DNA from: a virus
Taxonomy: Duplodnaviria; Caudoviricetes
Virus record (IMG/VR): IMGVR_UViG_3300032312_001822
Coordinates: 26,596 to 90,595 of that record
Length of the DNA stretch: 64,000 nt
Strand: one strand, 5' to 3'
The notes beneath the pieces were generated by a model. It was not told the origin of the DNA and searched no databases. It was given only the letters and a program-made list of their open reading frames with translations. The stretch's first letter is position 1, and every line of letters begins with the position of its first letter. Shown here piece after piece: positions 27,221-37,600 of this stretch. The translations under genes and the position numbers were made by a program.

Positions 27221-27598
27221 ATGGATTTTAATACCATAACACTCTTTGGTAAGAAGACTTTTGCAGATTTACTAAAAGAGATACATACTAATTCCTCTAA
27301 TAAGGAAAAAGAAATTAGAAATTTAATAGACAATTTAAAACCATTCATCAACTCAGCTGGTGACGCGGTTATTATTGTCCCTTTAATTAAGGATTACTTA
27401 GATGTATCTGTAAAGAATGATGACTTACTAATTAAAATGGCAGGTATTGTACAACGTGCAATGAATTCTAATCAAGGATCAGATGATTTATTATTATCAG
27501 ATTCAGATAAAGAAATGTTATTCCAGTCAATGAATGAGTTAGATGCTCAAGTAAAAGAAGAATTACCTAAAATAGAAAATGAGCAGTTTATATCCTAG
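27221..27598 (+). CDS. Conserved hypothetical late protein
   Basis: First gene after a late motif; VPLIKDYLDVSVKNDDLLIK. Confidence 0.75.
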   Translation: MDFNTITLFGKKTFADLLKEIHTNSSNKEKEIRNLIDNLKPFINSAGDAVIIVPLIKDYLDVSVKNDDLLIKMAGIVQRAMNSNQGSDDLLLSDSDKEMLFQSMNELDAQVKEELPKIENEQFIS

Positions 27599-28502
27599 TT
27601 TACAAACCACTGTATCTAGTAATTCTAAAGGAGGAGGAAGTAGTGGTAATACTTTTTTCTTTGCTAGAGTTAATGATATTTTATTATCAACTAATACTGT
27701 AACTGAAAATTTTTTTAATGATGCAGGTGGTTGGTCAGGGTTAGGTTCTATTAAGTTTACTCAATTAGGAACTACTACTGATGATGATAAACCCTCTCAA
27801 TTAATTGCAAAACCACTTTTTACTAATATAATACAATATCCTATTTTACAAGAAATTGTATTAATTTTACAAGCACCTTCTGATGGTTTAAATTCTGACC
27901 CTCAATCTAAAACTTATTATTATTTAACTACTATAGGTTTATGGAATAGTATTCACCATAATGCTTTCCCTGATATACTTAATTTTAATAAAAAAATTAA
28001 TAAAAAGAATGATAATTCTATTCAGCAAGTAGAAGAAGGTAGTACAACATCAACCTCTCCTAATACTGATGTTTTAAAATTTGGTAATTCTTTTAAAGAA
28101 AAATCAGGTATTAGAACATTACTTCCAGAAGAGGGAGATATTATGGTTGAAGGAAGATGGGGACAATCTATTAGATTTTCATCAACAACAGCTAAGAAAT
28201 TACCAACTAATTCATGGAGTGCTCAGGGTGAATTAGGATCACCTATTACTATTATACGTAATGGGCAAACTAAAGAGCAAAACACCTCAGCACCATGGGT
28301 TCCAATTTACGAAGATATTAATAAAGATGGATCCTCAATTTATATGTCATCAGGTCAAGATATACCTTTAGAACTTGCTTCTAAAAATTTAAAATCTTTT
28401 GATATAACTGTAGGAGCAGCATTTAATTCTGCATTACAAATTCCTGATCCGTTTTTCCCATCACCTGATATTTCACCTAAACAAGCAGATAATCTTAAAT
28501 AA
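27579..28502 (+). CDS. Putative baseplate hub/spike N-terminal (gp5/VgrG OB-fold-like) protein
   Basis: ARVNDI..GSIKF..YPILQEIV; GDIMVEGRWGQSIRFS; located in the baseplate module. Confidence 0.5.
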   Translation: MSSLYPSLQTTVSSNSKGGGSSGNTFFFARVNDILLSTNTVTENFFNDAGGWSGLGSIKFTQLGTTTDDDKPSQLIAKPLFTNIIQYPILQEIVLILQAPSDGLNSDPQSKTYYYLTTIGLWNSIHHNAFPDILNFNKKINKKNDNSIQQVEEGSTTSTSPNTDVLKFGNSFKEKSGIRTLLPEEGDIMVEGRWGQSIRFSSTTAKKLPTNSWSAQGELGSPITIIRNGQTKEQNTSAPWVPIYEDINKDGSSIYMSSGQDIPLELASKNLKSFDITVGAAFNSALQIPDPFFPSPDISPKQADNLK

Positions 28503-28921
28503 TGGCAGACTACAAACCAGACTTTCCTTACTTAGGAGAACAAATAATAATAAATTCAGGTAGAGTTATTCTTAATTCTAAGGATGATTCTGTGTTTTTA
28601 TTTGGTAAAAAAGCTATAGGTTTTTCATCAGCGGGTACTATTAATTTTGATGCTGATGAGGCAGTTATAGTTAATGCCCCTGAAATTTATTTAGGTTTAG
28701 GTGCTACAGAACCTTTAGTTAAAGGTACTCAATTAACTATAATGTTAGATGATATATTAGATGCTTTAAGAGTTTTAGCGGCTCAATTAGATGGTACTCA
28801 AGATAGTAATGGAGTATTTTTAACTAATATAATAACAGCTAGTGATAGTTTAAGTAAATCTGTAGGTAGAATTAAATCTCGATTAAAAGATATAACCTCT
28901 AATCAAAATTACACTGTATAA
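28502..28921 (+). CDS. Putative baseplate spike C-terminal-like protein
   Basis: Beta-helix-like IIINSGRVILNSK...INFDA; EPLVKG. Confidence 0.5.
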   Translation: MADYKPDFPYLGEQIIINSGRVILNSKDDSVFLFGKKAIGFSSAGTINFDADEAVIVNAPEIYLGLGATEPLVKGTQLTIMLDDILDALRVLAAQLDGTQDSNGVFLTNIITASDSLSKSVGRIKSRLKDITSNQNYTV

Positions 28922-30381
28922 TGGCTATACCAACCGGGTTATCTGATATTTTAACTAAAACAGCTCCTAAGCGTATAAATGACGCTGTGGAGAAGATATT
29001 AGATATCCTAAATAAAGTTAATGAGGCTGTCAGAAAAATTAATGAGATAGATTTTTGTAACCCTTTAGGATATATTTTAACTAAAGCTTTACCTCCAGGA
29101 GGAGTTTTAGAAAATAAAATGTTAAAATATGCTAAATCTGTAACAGATTTTATAAATAAACAAGAAGAAAAATTAGATCCTTTTAAAAGAGAAAATGAAA
29201 CTGAAGAACAATATAAAACTAGATTATTATCATATCAAGCATCAATTGAAGAGATAAGAGTATCTTTAGAAGAAATTATACCTCCCCCAGATTTAGTAGA
29301 AATATTTCCAGGTGGAGAAGGTTTAGTACAAACTATTAATCAAATTAATTCAGTTTTAACCTCTACAAGTAATACTCTTGATGCTAAAGTTGATCCTAAA
29401 CAGACTATTTTAAATCAAATATCTTTTATTAAATCTTTTGCTGATAAATTAAGACCTTTTATGAGTCCTATTAATATAGCTACTTTAGCTATAGGAGATC
29501 AAGCTGAGGAGTTAAATAAAAAATTAAGAGATTTTATTAGACCTGAACGATTTGCTTCAAGTGTAGCTTTTATTATAAGACAAGTAAAAGCTATAGATAA
29601 AGCTATTTTGCAAATTCAAAAAATGGTTCAATTAATTAATACTATTTTAAAGGTAATAAATATTCTTATAAAAATCTTTAAATTTGTATGTAAAATATTA
29701 AAAATAGCTCCTATACCTGTAGCTGTTGGTGGTGGTGGTTCTCCTGTTATAGCAGTAACAACAGGTTCATTAACTTCAAAAGCAGATAGAGTGGCGAAAT
29801 TCCAAGCTGATATTGATGATTATGGTAAAGTAATTAGAATGATATCTAATTTTTTAAGTAAAAGTATAATTCTTCAAATACAAAGAATAAGAAAAGAAAT
29901 TATAAGATTATTAACAGGTTTAAATATTTTATATAAAAATCTTTTAGCATGTCCATATACAAATGATCCTTTATTAGAGCAAAGTTTACAAAGTGCTATC
30001 TCTTCTCTAGAAAATAATTTAACTACTTTAGATAATTTATTTCCTACAGCTAAAACAGATACTCTTTTACCTTCATTATATGGAGGATATGAAATTGATA
30101 TTATTAAAGAAGAAGTTGTTGACGCTGGAATAAAATTATTACGAAGAAGAGTAATAGTTGCTGATCAAAGAGGAATTACAGTTTATGAAGGTACACCTAC
30201 TTTTGCTTCTGATGATCAGGTTTTAATAAAAGAAGGTCAATATCAAGTAGATAAATTAGGAAATGTAGGTACTAGTGATGAAGGTAACTCTGCTCCTACT
30301 AATCAACAAATAATAGATGATATGAATGAATTAGGATTCAACCCAGATAATGTCACTGTTACTCCTGATGACATAGATTAA
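28921..30381 (+). CDS. Helical virion-associated hypothetical protein
   Basis: 486 aa with a long amphipathic/hydrophobic stretch; in the structural operon. Confidence 0.6.
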   Translation: MAIPTGLSDILTKTAPKRINDAVEKILDILNKVNEAVRKINEIDFCNPLGYILTKALPPGGVLENKMLKYAKSVTDFINKQEEKLDPFKRENETEEQYKTRLLSYQASIEEIRVSLEEIIPPPDLVEIFPGGEGLVQTINQINSVLTSTSNTLDAKVDPKQTILNQISFIKSFADKLRPFMSPINIATLAIGDQAEELNKKLRDFIRPERFASSVAFIIRQVKAIDKAILQIQKMVQLINTILKVINILIKIFKFVCKILKIAPIPVAVGGGGSPVIAVTTGSLTSKADRVAKFQADIDDYGKVIRMISNFLSKSIILQIQRIRKEIIRLLTGLNILYKNLLACPYTNDPLLEQSLQSAISSLENNLTTLDNLFPTAKTDTLLPSLYGGYEIDIIKEEVVDAGIKLLRRRVIVADQRGITVYEGTPTFASDDQVLIKEGQYQVDKLGNVGTSDEGNSAPTNQQIIDDMNELGFNPDNVTVTPDDID

Positions 30382-30412
30382 AAACAAGTTGTATTATTAA
30401 ATATTTATAATT

Positions 30413-30892
30413 ATGAATTTAGAAGCTTTAAGAAAATTAATCAGAGAAGAAATGAGAACTGTAATTAGGGAGGAACTAAAAGGTATCCTTACTGAAGCGG
30501 TAGTCATAGCAAGTACACCTGAAATAAAATCTCAAGTTCAAAACTTTAAACCTCATGTTAAAACTGAGTCTACTTACAAACCTAAATTTTCAGAAATTTT
30601 AGCTGAAAAGAAAACTCCTGTATCTACTGGAAATCCAATATTTGATTTATTAAATGAAACTGCAAACGAAGGTGAATGGAGATCTATAAACGGTGGTTAT
30701 AACGCGCAAGATGCTGTAAGTTGGGTTGGTGGAATGCCAGGTATGGGAGGTATGAATACTCCTGTAGTATCATCGGTAGATCAAATGATATCAAAACATG
30801 CCCCTGTGCATGATATCAATGATGTAAGAATAGATGCTGTACCTGATTTTACAGGATTAATGGGTAAATTAAAAGAAAACGGTAAATTATAA
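30413..30892 (+). CDS. Hypothetical late protein with LIRE/VIRE/ILTE N-terminus
   Basis: Late motif at 30401. Confidence 0.7.
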   Translation: MNLEALRKLIREEMRTVIREELKGILTEAVVIASTPEIKSQVQNFKPHVKTESTYKPKFSEILAEKKTPVSTGNPIFDLLNETANEGEWRSINGGYNAQDAVSWVGGMPGMGGMNTPVVSSVDQMISKHAPVHDINDVRIDAVPDFTGLMGKLKENGKL

Positions 30893-31302
30893 TGGCTTAT
30901 AATGTAATTAATATTAATCCTTTAGACTTACAACCTAGTAAAGGTGTAGGTATTAAAGTACCATTTGATGGTCCTACAGGATTAAATATAACTTACACTA
31001 CTAAAGATGCTGTTAAATCTAATATTTTAAATTTCTTTCTAACAGGTAAAAGAGAAAGACTAATGAATCCTAATATGGGAGCGGGTATTAGAGAACAACT
31101 ATTTGAACAAATTACAAATAATACCGCAGAAAATTTAGAAGACATTATAAAATTTGGTTTAGGTGATTATTTCCCTCAAATTCAATTAAATGATTTGAAT
31201 GTTAATGCTTCACCTGATCAAAATTTAATACAAATTTATTTTAGTTATTCAATAAAGAATACTAATATGCAAGACGAAATTACAATAAATTTCAATAATT
31301 AA
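30892..31302 (+). CDS. Baseplate wedge protein, gp25/GPW-like
   Basis: VKSNILNFFLTGKRERLMNPNMGAGI..LFE. Confidence 0.88.
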   Translation: MAYNVININPLDLQPSKGVGIKVPFDGPTGLNITYTTKDAVKSNILNFFLTGKRERLMNPNMGAGIREQLFEQITNNTAENLEDIIKFGLGDYFPQIQLNDLNVNASPDQNLIQIYFSYSIKNTNMQDEITINFNN

Positions 31303-31304
31303 TA

Positions 31305-33185
31305 ATGGCTAATTCAAAGACCGTACAATACTTAAATAAAGATTTTGATAGTTTAAAAGCTCAATTAATAAATTTTGCTCAAACTTACTATCCAAATACT
31401 TATAATGATTTTAATGAGGCTTCACCTGGTATGATGCTTATTGAAATGGCATCTTATGTAGGGGATGTTTTATCATTTTATATTGATAATCAAATACAAG
31501 AGAATTTTCTTCAATTTGCTAAACAAAGAAAAAATTTATTAGCTCAAGCTTACACTTTTGGTTACCAACCTAAGGTAACTAAAGCTGCTTCTGTATTATT
31601 ATCAGTTTATCAAGTAGTACCTTCAACTATAGCCTCAGGTCAATATGAACCTGATTTTAATTATGCTTTAATTTTAGAAGAAGGAGGTAAAGTATCATCA
31701 AATTTAGATTCTAATGTTCAATTCTTTATAAATGAAAAATTAGACTTTTCAAGATCTACACCTGGCTCTGAAACAGAAATCTCAGTTTATTCTACTGATG
31801 TTTTTCAGAATCCTCAATTTTATTTATTAAAGAAAACAGTTAAAGCATCAGCAGGAACTTTAACCTCTACTAGTATAACATTTGGTAATCCTGAGCGTTT
31901 TCCTACAGTAGATATTATTGACACTAATATTATTGAAATAGTTAGTGTAGTTGATTCTAATAATAATAAATGGTATGAGGTACCTTATTTAGCTCAAGAT
32001 ACAATTTTTGAACCTACAGCTAATATAGCTCAAAATGATCCTAATTTATCTCAATATAATGAGACTGTACCTTATTTATTAAAATTAAAAAAAGTACCTA
32101 GAAGATTTGTAACTAGATTTAAAGCTAATAACCAAATGCAAATGCAATTTGGACCTGGGGTTTCATCAGGAGCAGATGAAGAAATTATTCCTAATTCAGA
32201 TAATATAGGTTTAGGATTACCTTATGGGGTAAATAAAATGACAACTGCGTTTGATCCTTCAAACTTCTTATATACTCAAACTTATGGAATAGCACCTTCA
32301 AATACTACTTTAACTGTAAATTATTTAAAAGGTGGGGGAGCAACTTCAAACGCCCCTGTAGGTACATTAACTCAAAATTCAGGTGTCACTACTACATTTA
32401 ATGGTAATAATATAGATACTACTTTATCTAATACAGTTTTAGCTTCTTTAGCTTTTAATAATGAAGATGCTGCTAACGGTGGAGGAGATGGAGATACAAA
32501 TGAGCAAATAAGACAAAACGCTTTATCATCATATCCTACTCAATTAAGAACTGTAACTAAAGATGATTATATTATTAGAGCTTTATCTTTACCTTCAAAA
32601 TTTGGAGTAGTTTCAAAAGCTTATATAAATCAAGATATTAGTATCCAAAATAATTTCACAACAGATTTAATGGCTACTCAAAATTATAATGCTATTTCAT
32701 TATATATTTTATCCAGAGATAATGATAATAAATTAATAGTACCTAATAATGCTTTAAAACAAAATCTAAAAACTTATCTTTCTCAATATAGAATGATAAC
32801 TGATGCTGTTAATATAAATAATGCTTTTATTATTAATATTGGAGTAAATTTTGAAATTATAGTTAGACCTAATTATAATAATAGATTAGTATTAAATAAT
32901 TGTTTAACAGCGTTACAATCATATTTCCAAATAGATAAATGGCAAATAAACCAACCTATAATTTTACCAGAAATTTATAGTAATCTAGATCAAATTGAAG
33001 GAGTTCAAACTGTACAAAAAGTAGAAATTGTAAATAAAGCCGGAAGTAATACTAATTATTCACCATATTCATATGATATTAAAGGAGCTACAATTAATAA
33101 TATAGTTTATCCATCATTAGATCCAAGTATTTTTGAAGTTAAATTTCCTACAACAGACATACAAGGTAGAGTAGTTACTTTTTAA
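31305..33185 (+). CDS. Baseplate wedge subunit, T4 gp6/baseplate J-like
   Basis: DFDSLKAQLI..YNDF..SPGMMLIE..AYVGDVLSFY; ANGGGD.DT.EQIR; RTVTKDDY. Confidence 0.9.
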   Translation: MANSKTVQYLNKDFDSLKAQLINFAQTYYPNTYNDFNEASPGMMLIEMASYVGDVLSFYIDNQIQENFLQFAKQRKNLLAQAYTFGYQPKVTKAASVLLSVYQVVPSTIASGQYEPDFNYALILEEGGKVSSNLDSNVQFFINEKLDFSRSTPGSETEISVYSTDVFQNPQFYLLKKTVKASAGTLTSTSITFGNPERFPTVDIIDTNIIEIVSVVDSNNNKWYEVPYLAQDTIFEPTANIAQNDPNLSQYNETVPYLLKLKKVPRRFVTRFKANNQMQMQFGPGVSSGADEEIIPNSDNIGLGLPYGVNKMTTAFDPSNFLYTQTYGIAPSNTTLTVNYLKGGGATSNAPVGTLTQNSGVTTTFNGNNIDTTLSNTVLASLAFNNEDAANGGGDGDTNEQIRQNALSSYPTQLRTVTKDDYIIRALSLPSKFGVVSKAYINQDISIQNNFTTDLMATQNYNAISLYILSRDNDNKLIVPNNALKQNLKTYLSQYRMITDAVNINNAFIINIGVNFEIIVRPNYNNRLVLNNCLTALQSYFQIDKWQINQPIILPEIYSNLDQIEGVQTVQKVEIVNKAGSNTNYSPYSYDIKGATINNIVYPSLDPSIFEVKFPTTDIQGRVVTF

Positions 33186-33226
33186 AGAAATTAATTTAAT
33201 GTATATTTATAATATATATTAGATTT

Positions 33227-34258
33227 ATGGCTATTTACAAAATATTTCCTGAAAAAGACACTTTCATTTCTCACTATCGCCCTACTCAAAACTTTGGTAG
33301 AGATGAAGTATTAGAAATTTCAAATGAAACTGAATTAACCTCATTACATGCTGATAAGACTAGAGCTTTAATACAATTCCCTACATCTCAAATATCAGAT
33401 GTTATTACTAATAAAGTAAGTGGTAGTTTTGTATCTTATCTAAGATTATTTCTAGCTACAGCTTATACTCCTTCAGATTATACAATATTAGCTTATCCAA
33501 TTTCAAGAAGTTGGGAAATGGGATTAGGTAGATCTACTGATGATCCTATTAGTACTCTTGGATGTACTTGGAACGCCGCTGCTCAATCTTCAAGTTGGAC
33601 CACTGCTGGTGGAGATTATTTGCAAAATATATCTTCGTCTCAAAATTTTAATTATATATCTAGTAAGGATGTTAACATGAATGTTAGCAACATAGTTCTA
33701 GGTTGGAATTCAAGTTCATTTCAAAATTATGGTATTTTATTAAAACAAAGTAGTAGTATAGAAGGAACTGATAATCCTCTTATCACTAAATTCTTTTCAA
33801 TGGATACCCATACTATTTATCCTCCTCAATTAGAATTTAGGTGGGATGATAGTTTATATAATACTACTTTAACACAAATAACATCTTCAGATTTTATATC
33901 TACTATATCTAATAATAAAACAGAATTTGAAGAAAATACAATTTATAAATTTAGAATTAAAGCCAGAGATAGATTCCCAGCTAGATCATTTTCAACAGTA
34001 TCAGTTTATTTAACTACAAAAGCTTTACCATCAACAACATATTGGGCTTTAAAAGATGTTAAAACAGAAGAAATAGTAATTGATTTTGATACTACTTATA
34101 CTAAAGTAAGTTGTGATAATACTAGTAATTATTTTAAATTATATATGGATGGTTTAGAACCTGAAAGATATTATCAAATTATATATAAAACTATATTATC
34201 AAGTGGTGAAACTGTAGTTATAGATGATCCATCAAATTATTTTAAAATAGTTAGATAA
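33227..34258 (+). CDS. Virion protein with DNRLRE/CBM96-like domain
   Basis: KDTFI..P..NFG...RALIQF...WE.G...TWN...W.T.GGD...NYG.LLK...F.S.D..P.LE. Confidence 0.7.
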   Translation: MAIYKIFPEKDTFISHYRPTQNFGRDEVLEISNETELTSLHADKTRALIQFPTSQISDVITNKVSGSFVSYLRLFLATAYTPSDYTILAYPISRSWEMGLGRSTDDPISTLGCTWNAAAQSSSWTTAGGDYLQNISSSQNFNYISSKDVNMNVSNIVLGWNSSSFQNYGILLKQSSSIEGTDNPLITKFFSMDTHTIYPPQLEFRWDDSLYNTTLTQITSSDFISTISNNKTEFEENTIYKFRIKARDRFPARSFSTVSVYLTTKALPSTTYWALKDVKTEEIVIDFDTTYTKVSCDNTSNYFKLYMDGLEPERYYQIIYKTILSSGETVVIDDPSNYFKIVR

Positions 34259-34593
34259 TGGCTGAATCAATTCAATTAAATAAAACAGTCTATGGTAAAA
34301 TTACATATCCTAATGTAATTAATACTCAATTTACTCAATTAGTAGGTGCAAATCCTGCTGATGGTCCTGTTCCTATTACTATAGAAGAATTTTTTCAAGC
34401 CTACAATGATTTATTTTTTGAAATTCCTATTGATGGAGAATTTAATTCTCATTTAGAATTAATAAAAAGAAGTACAGAATATGTTGGTGTTACTCAAACA
34501 CCAGATGAAATTGATGCTTTACTAACAGAAATAAATCAATTAAGATTAGAAAATCTTAGATTAAATCAACAATTAGATGAATTAAATTCATAA
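34258..34593 (+). CDS. Small structural hypothetical protein
   Basis: C-terminal coiled coil; in the structural operon. Confidence 0.7.
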   Translation: MAESIQLNKTVYGKITYPNVINTQFTQLVGANPADGPVPITIEEFFQAYNDLFFEIPIDGEFNSHLELIKRSTEYVGVTQTPDEIDALLTEINQLRLENLRLNQQLDELNS

Positions 34594-34602
34594 TAAAAAT
34601 AA

Positions 34603-37600
34603 ATGGAAATAACTAATATATCAAGTCTAGATAGAAATACTTTTGTAAATCAAGACTATAATCCTAAAGATGAAATCCTACTAAATGCTCTAGAAGTAAA
34701 TAGTGAGTTTGGTAATCCTGGGGATACAATAGAAATCCATATTATAGGCCCAAATGATGAGGTTATAGAGTCTGTTTATGATTTTGGAAATTACACAATA
34801 ACAAATACTCTTCAAGACACTTCTTTATATAATCAAATAGAATTAGACCCTAAATCAGATTTGGAGTCATTTGGTTATTTCTCAGGACAATATGATGTTA
34901 ATTATAATTTTTATAGACAATTATTTTTAAGTTCATACACTTCTAATTACTATATATCAGAAATATCATCAGATAGAACTGAAATAAAAATTAGTAATAA
35001 TGATATATCTTATACTAATTTAGGTCAAAATTACTTAAATTATGTGGCTACCAGAAATTCAAGAAATTTTTATTCAGATTTTATTTTAAATTTTGGAAGT
35101 AATGATACATACATAGCTGTTAATGTAGCCTTAGATAATGTTAATACTACTATTCCAAGTTTATATATTAAATTATATGAACCACTCCCAGCTGAGATTG
35201 CTTTAAAAGATACTTTATGGTTAGTAGAATCTATATCTGAACCTTATTCATTTAGAGTAAATACAGATTTTATAGCTGAAGATATTAATACTACTGTTCC
35301 TTTAAAAGGACCAAATATTAATATTGATTTAAATGATAAGATTAATTTAACTACACCCTATTTAAATTTATCTAATTTATTAACTAATTCTTCTACTTCA
35401 TCTTATCAACAATTACAATCTTGGTTAGATGAAAAAAGTATAGAGATAACAGTTGATTATACTGATTTTCCTAATTTTGTTCACTTCTCATCCGCTGTTG
35501 AAAGATTAGACAATTTTAAATATAAATTAACTCAAATTCAATCTTTACAATCAGATATAAATGCTTTAAATTCTATAAATCCTTTAACAGGTCCAACTTA
35601 TATTAATAGTAATAAAGCTATTTTACAAACTAAATTAGATACTCTTATCCAAAAATTAGATGGATATGAATATTACTTATATTATGAAACTGGCTCAAAA
35701 GCTTGGCCTAAAACTAATAATGTAAAACCTTATATTAACGCTGGAGTAAATGATCCTCAAGCTAGAACATGGTTTGGTAGTACTGATGAAAGTTCAAATT
35801 ATTATGGGGGAGAAATATTATCTGCTTCTAATTTTGATGCTTCTAATAGAGATTATATTTGGAATAATCTACCAGATTATATTAAAGCTGATTCTCAAAA
35901 TTCTAATTTAGAGTTATTTACATCAATGTTAGGTCAGCATTATGATTATATTTGGACTTATATTAAAGATATAACTGATATTCAAATTGCAGATAATAGA
36001 ATTGATTTTGGTATTTCAAAAGATTTAGTAGCTGATACTTTAAGAAGTTTTGGTATTAAATTATATACTAACTCTAGAAATCAAGATGATATTTATTCTT
36101 CTTTATTAGGAATAAATGCTGAAGGTAGTTTTTTACCTTCAACCGGATCTTATTTAATTAATAATTATGTAACTGCATCTCAATATACTATCCCTGACAA
36201 TGATATTGTAAAAGAAACATATAAAAGGATTTATCACAACATGCCTTATTTACTTAAGACTCGTGGTACAAGAGCAGGGTTACGCGCATTAATCAACTGT
36301 TTTGGTATTCCTGAAACAATCTTAAAAGTAAGAGAATTTGGTGGTTTAGATAAAGATTCAAATAATGTAACTACATTTTATGAAAAATTCGCTTATGGAT
36401 TTAATACTAATGGTAGTTCATCTTTATCAATACCTTGGTTACCTTTAAATTCACAATTTCTAGATACTACTTATAGAGATATAGTACCTGATACTTTAGA
36501 ATTTAGATTTAAAACACCTGGTATACCAGATGTAAGTCATTATTCTCAATCATTATTTTATGTAACTTCTCCAACAGAAGGATTACAATTTGGTATTCAA
36601 TTATTATACCCTTCAGGAACTAACACTTCTTATAATACTACTGAGTTAAATGAAGCTTACTCTAAGTACGGAGAATTAAGATTCTTCTTATCAGGTTCAC
36701 AAGGATACGCTAAAACTTCTCCTTTATATTTACCTTTCTTTAATGGAGATTGGTGGAATATAAAATTAAATAGAGAAACAGGAAGTTTAAGATTAAACCA
36801 AACTGGTTCAGATAACACCTATACTTTATCTACTAAAAATTCTATATATAATGGATATAATGGAATTAGTGTAGGTTTTGAAGGTTCTACTTCTTTATTT
36901 ATATCAGGTTCAACATCTTCTTCATATAATAGAGCATGGAGTAATTATACTACATTTGATGTTTCCCAACCATATGGATATGATTCACCTTTAGCTTTAT
37001 ATGATTTTGATTTTGTACTTTATGATGATAATACAATTGTACCTCCATATTTTGGTTATTTAGGAGGAGATGGTACCCATAATTCACCTTTAGCTCCTAA
37101 TAATATTTTTAGTGGTTCATTTCAAGAATTTAGATATTGGATAGGTAATTTAGAAAATACATCATTTAATGATCATACTTTACATCCACGTTCTATAGTA
37201 GGTAATAATACTTCAGCTTCATATTCTGAATTAAGTTTTAGATTACCTTTAGGAAATGAATTAGATAATAATTTAACTGAGTTTTTAACTTCAGCTCACC
37301 CTACAATAGCAGGTAGTCAAATAACATCTTCATTCTTATTTGAATCAGGAAGTACTTCTGTAGTATTATCAACAGCAAAAATAAATAATTTAGCATCAGC
37401 TTCATATGAGACTACTGTTTATAACGCATTAATAAACACTCCTAATATAGGAGCAACAACTGAAGTAGATGATAAAGTAAGAATAATTGAATCTAATTTA
37501 ATACCAGGAGATGTTTTAACTCCTTATATTAGTATTCAAAAACCTGGAAATATTCCTTATACAAATGATTTATCAATTGTAGATATATCTTTGTCTCCTC

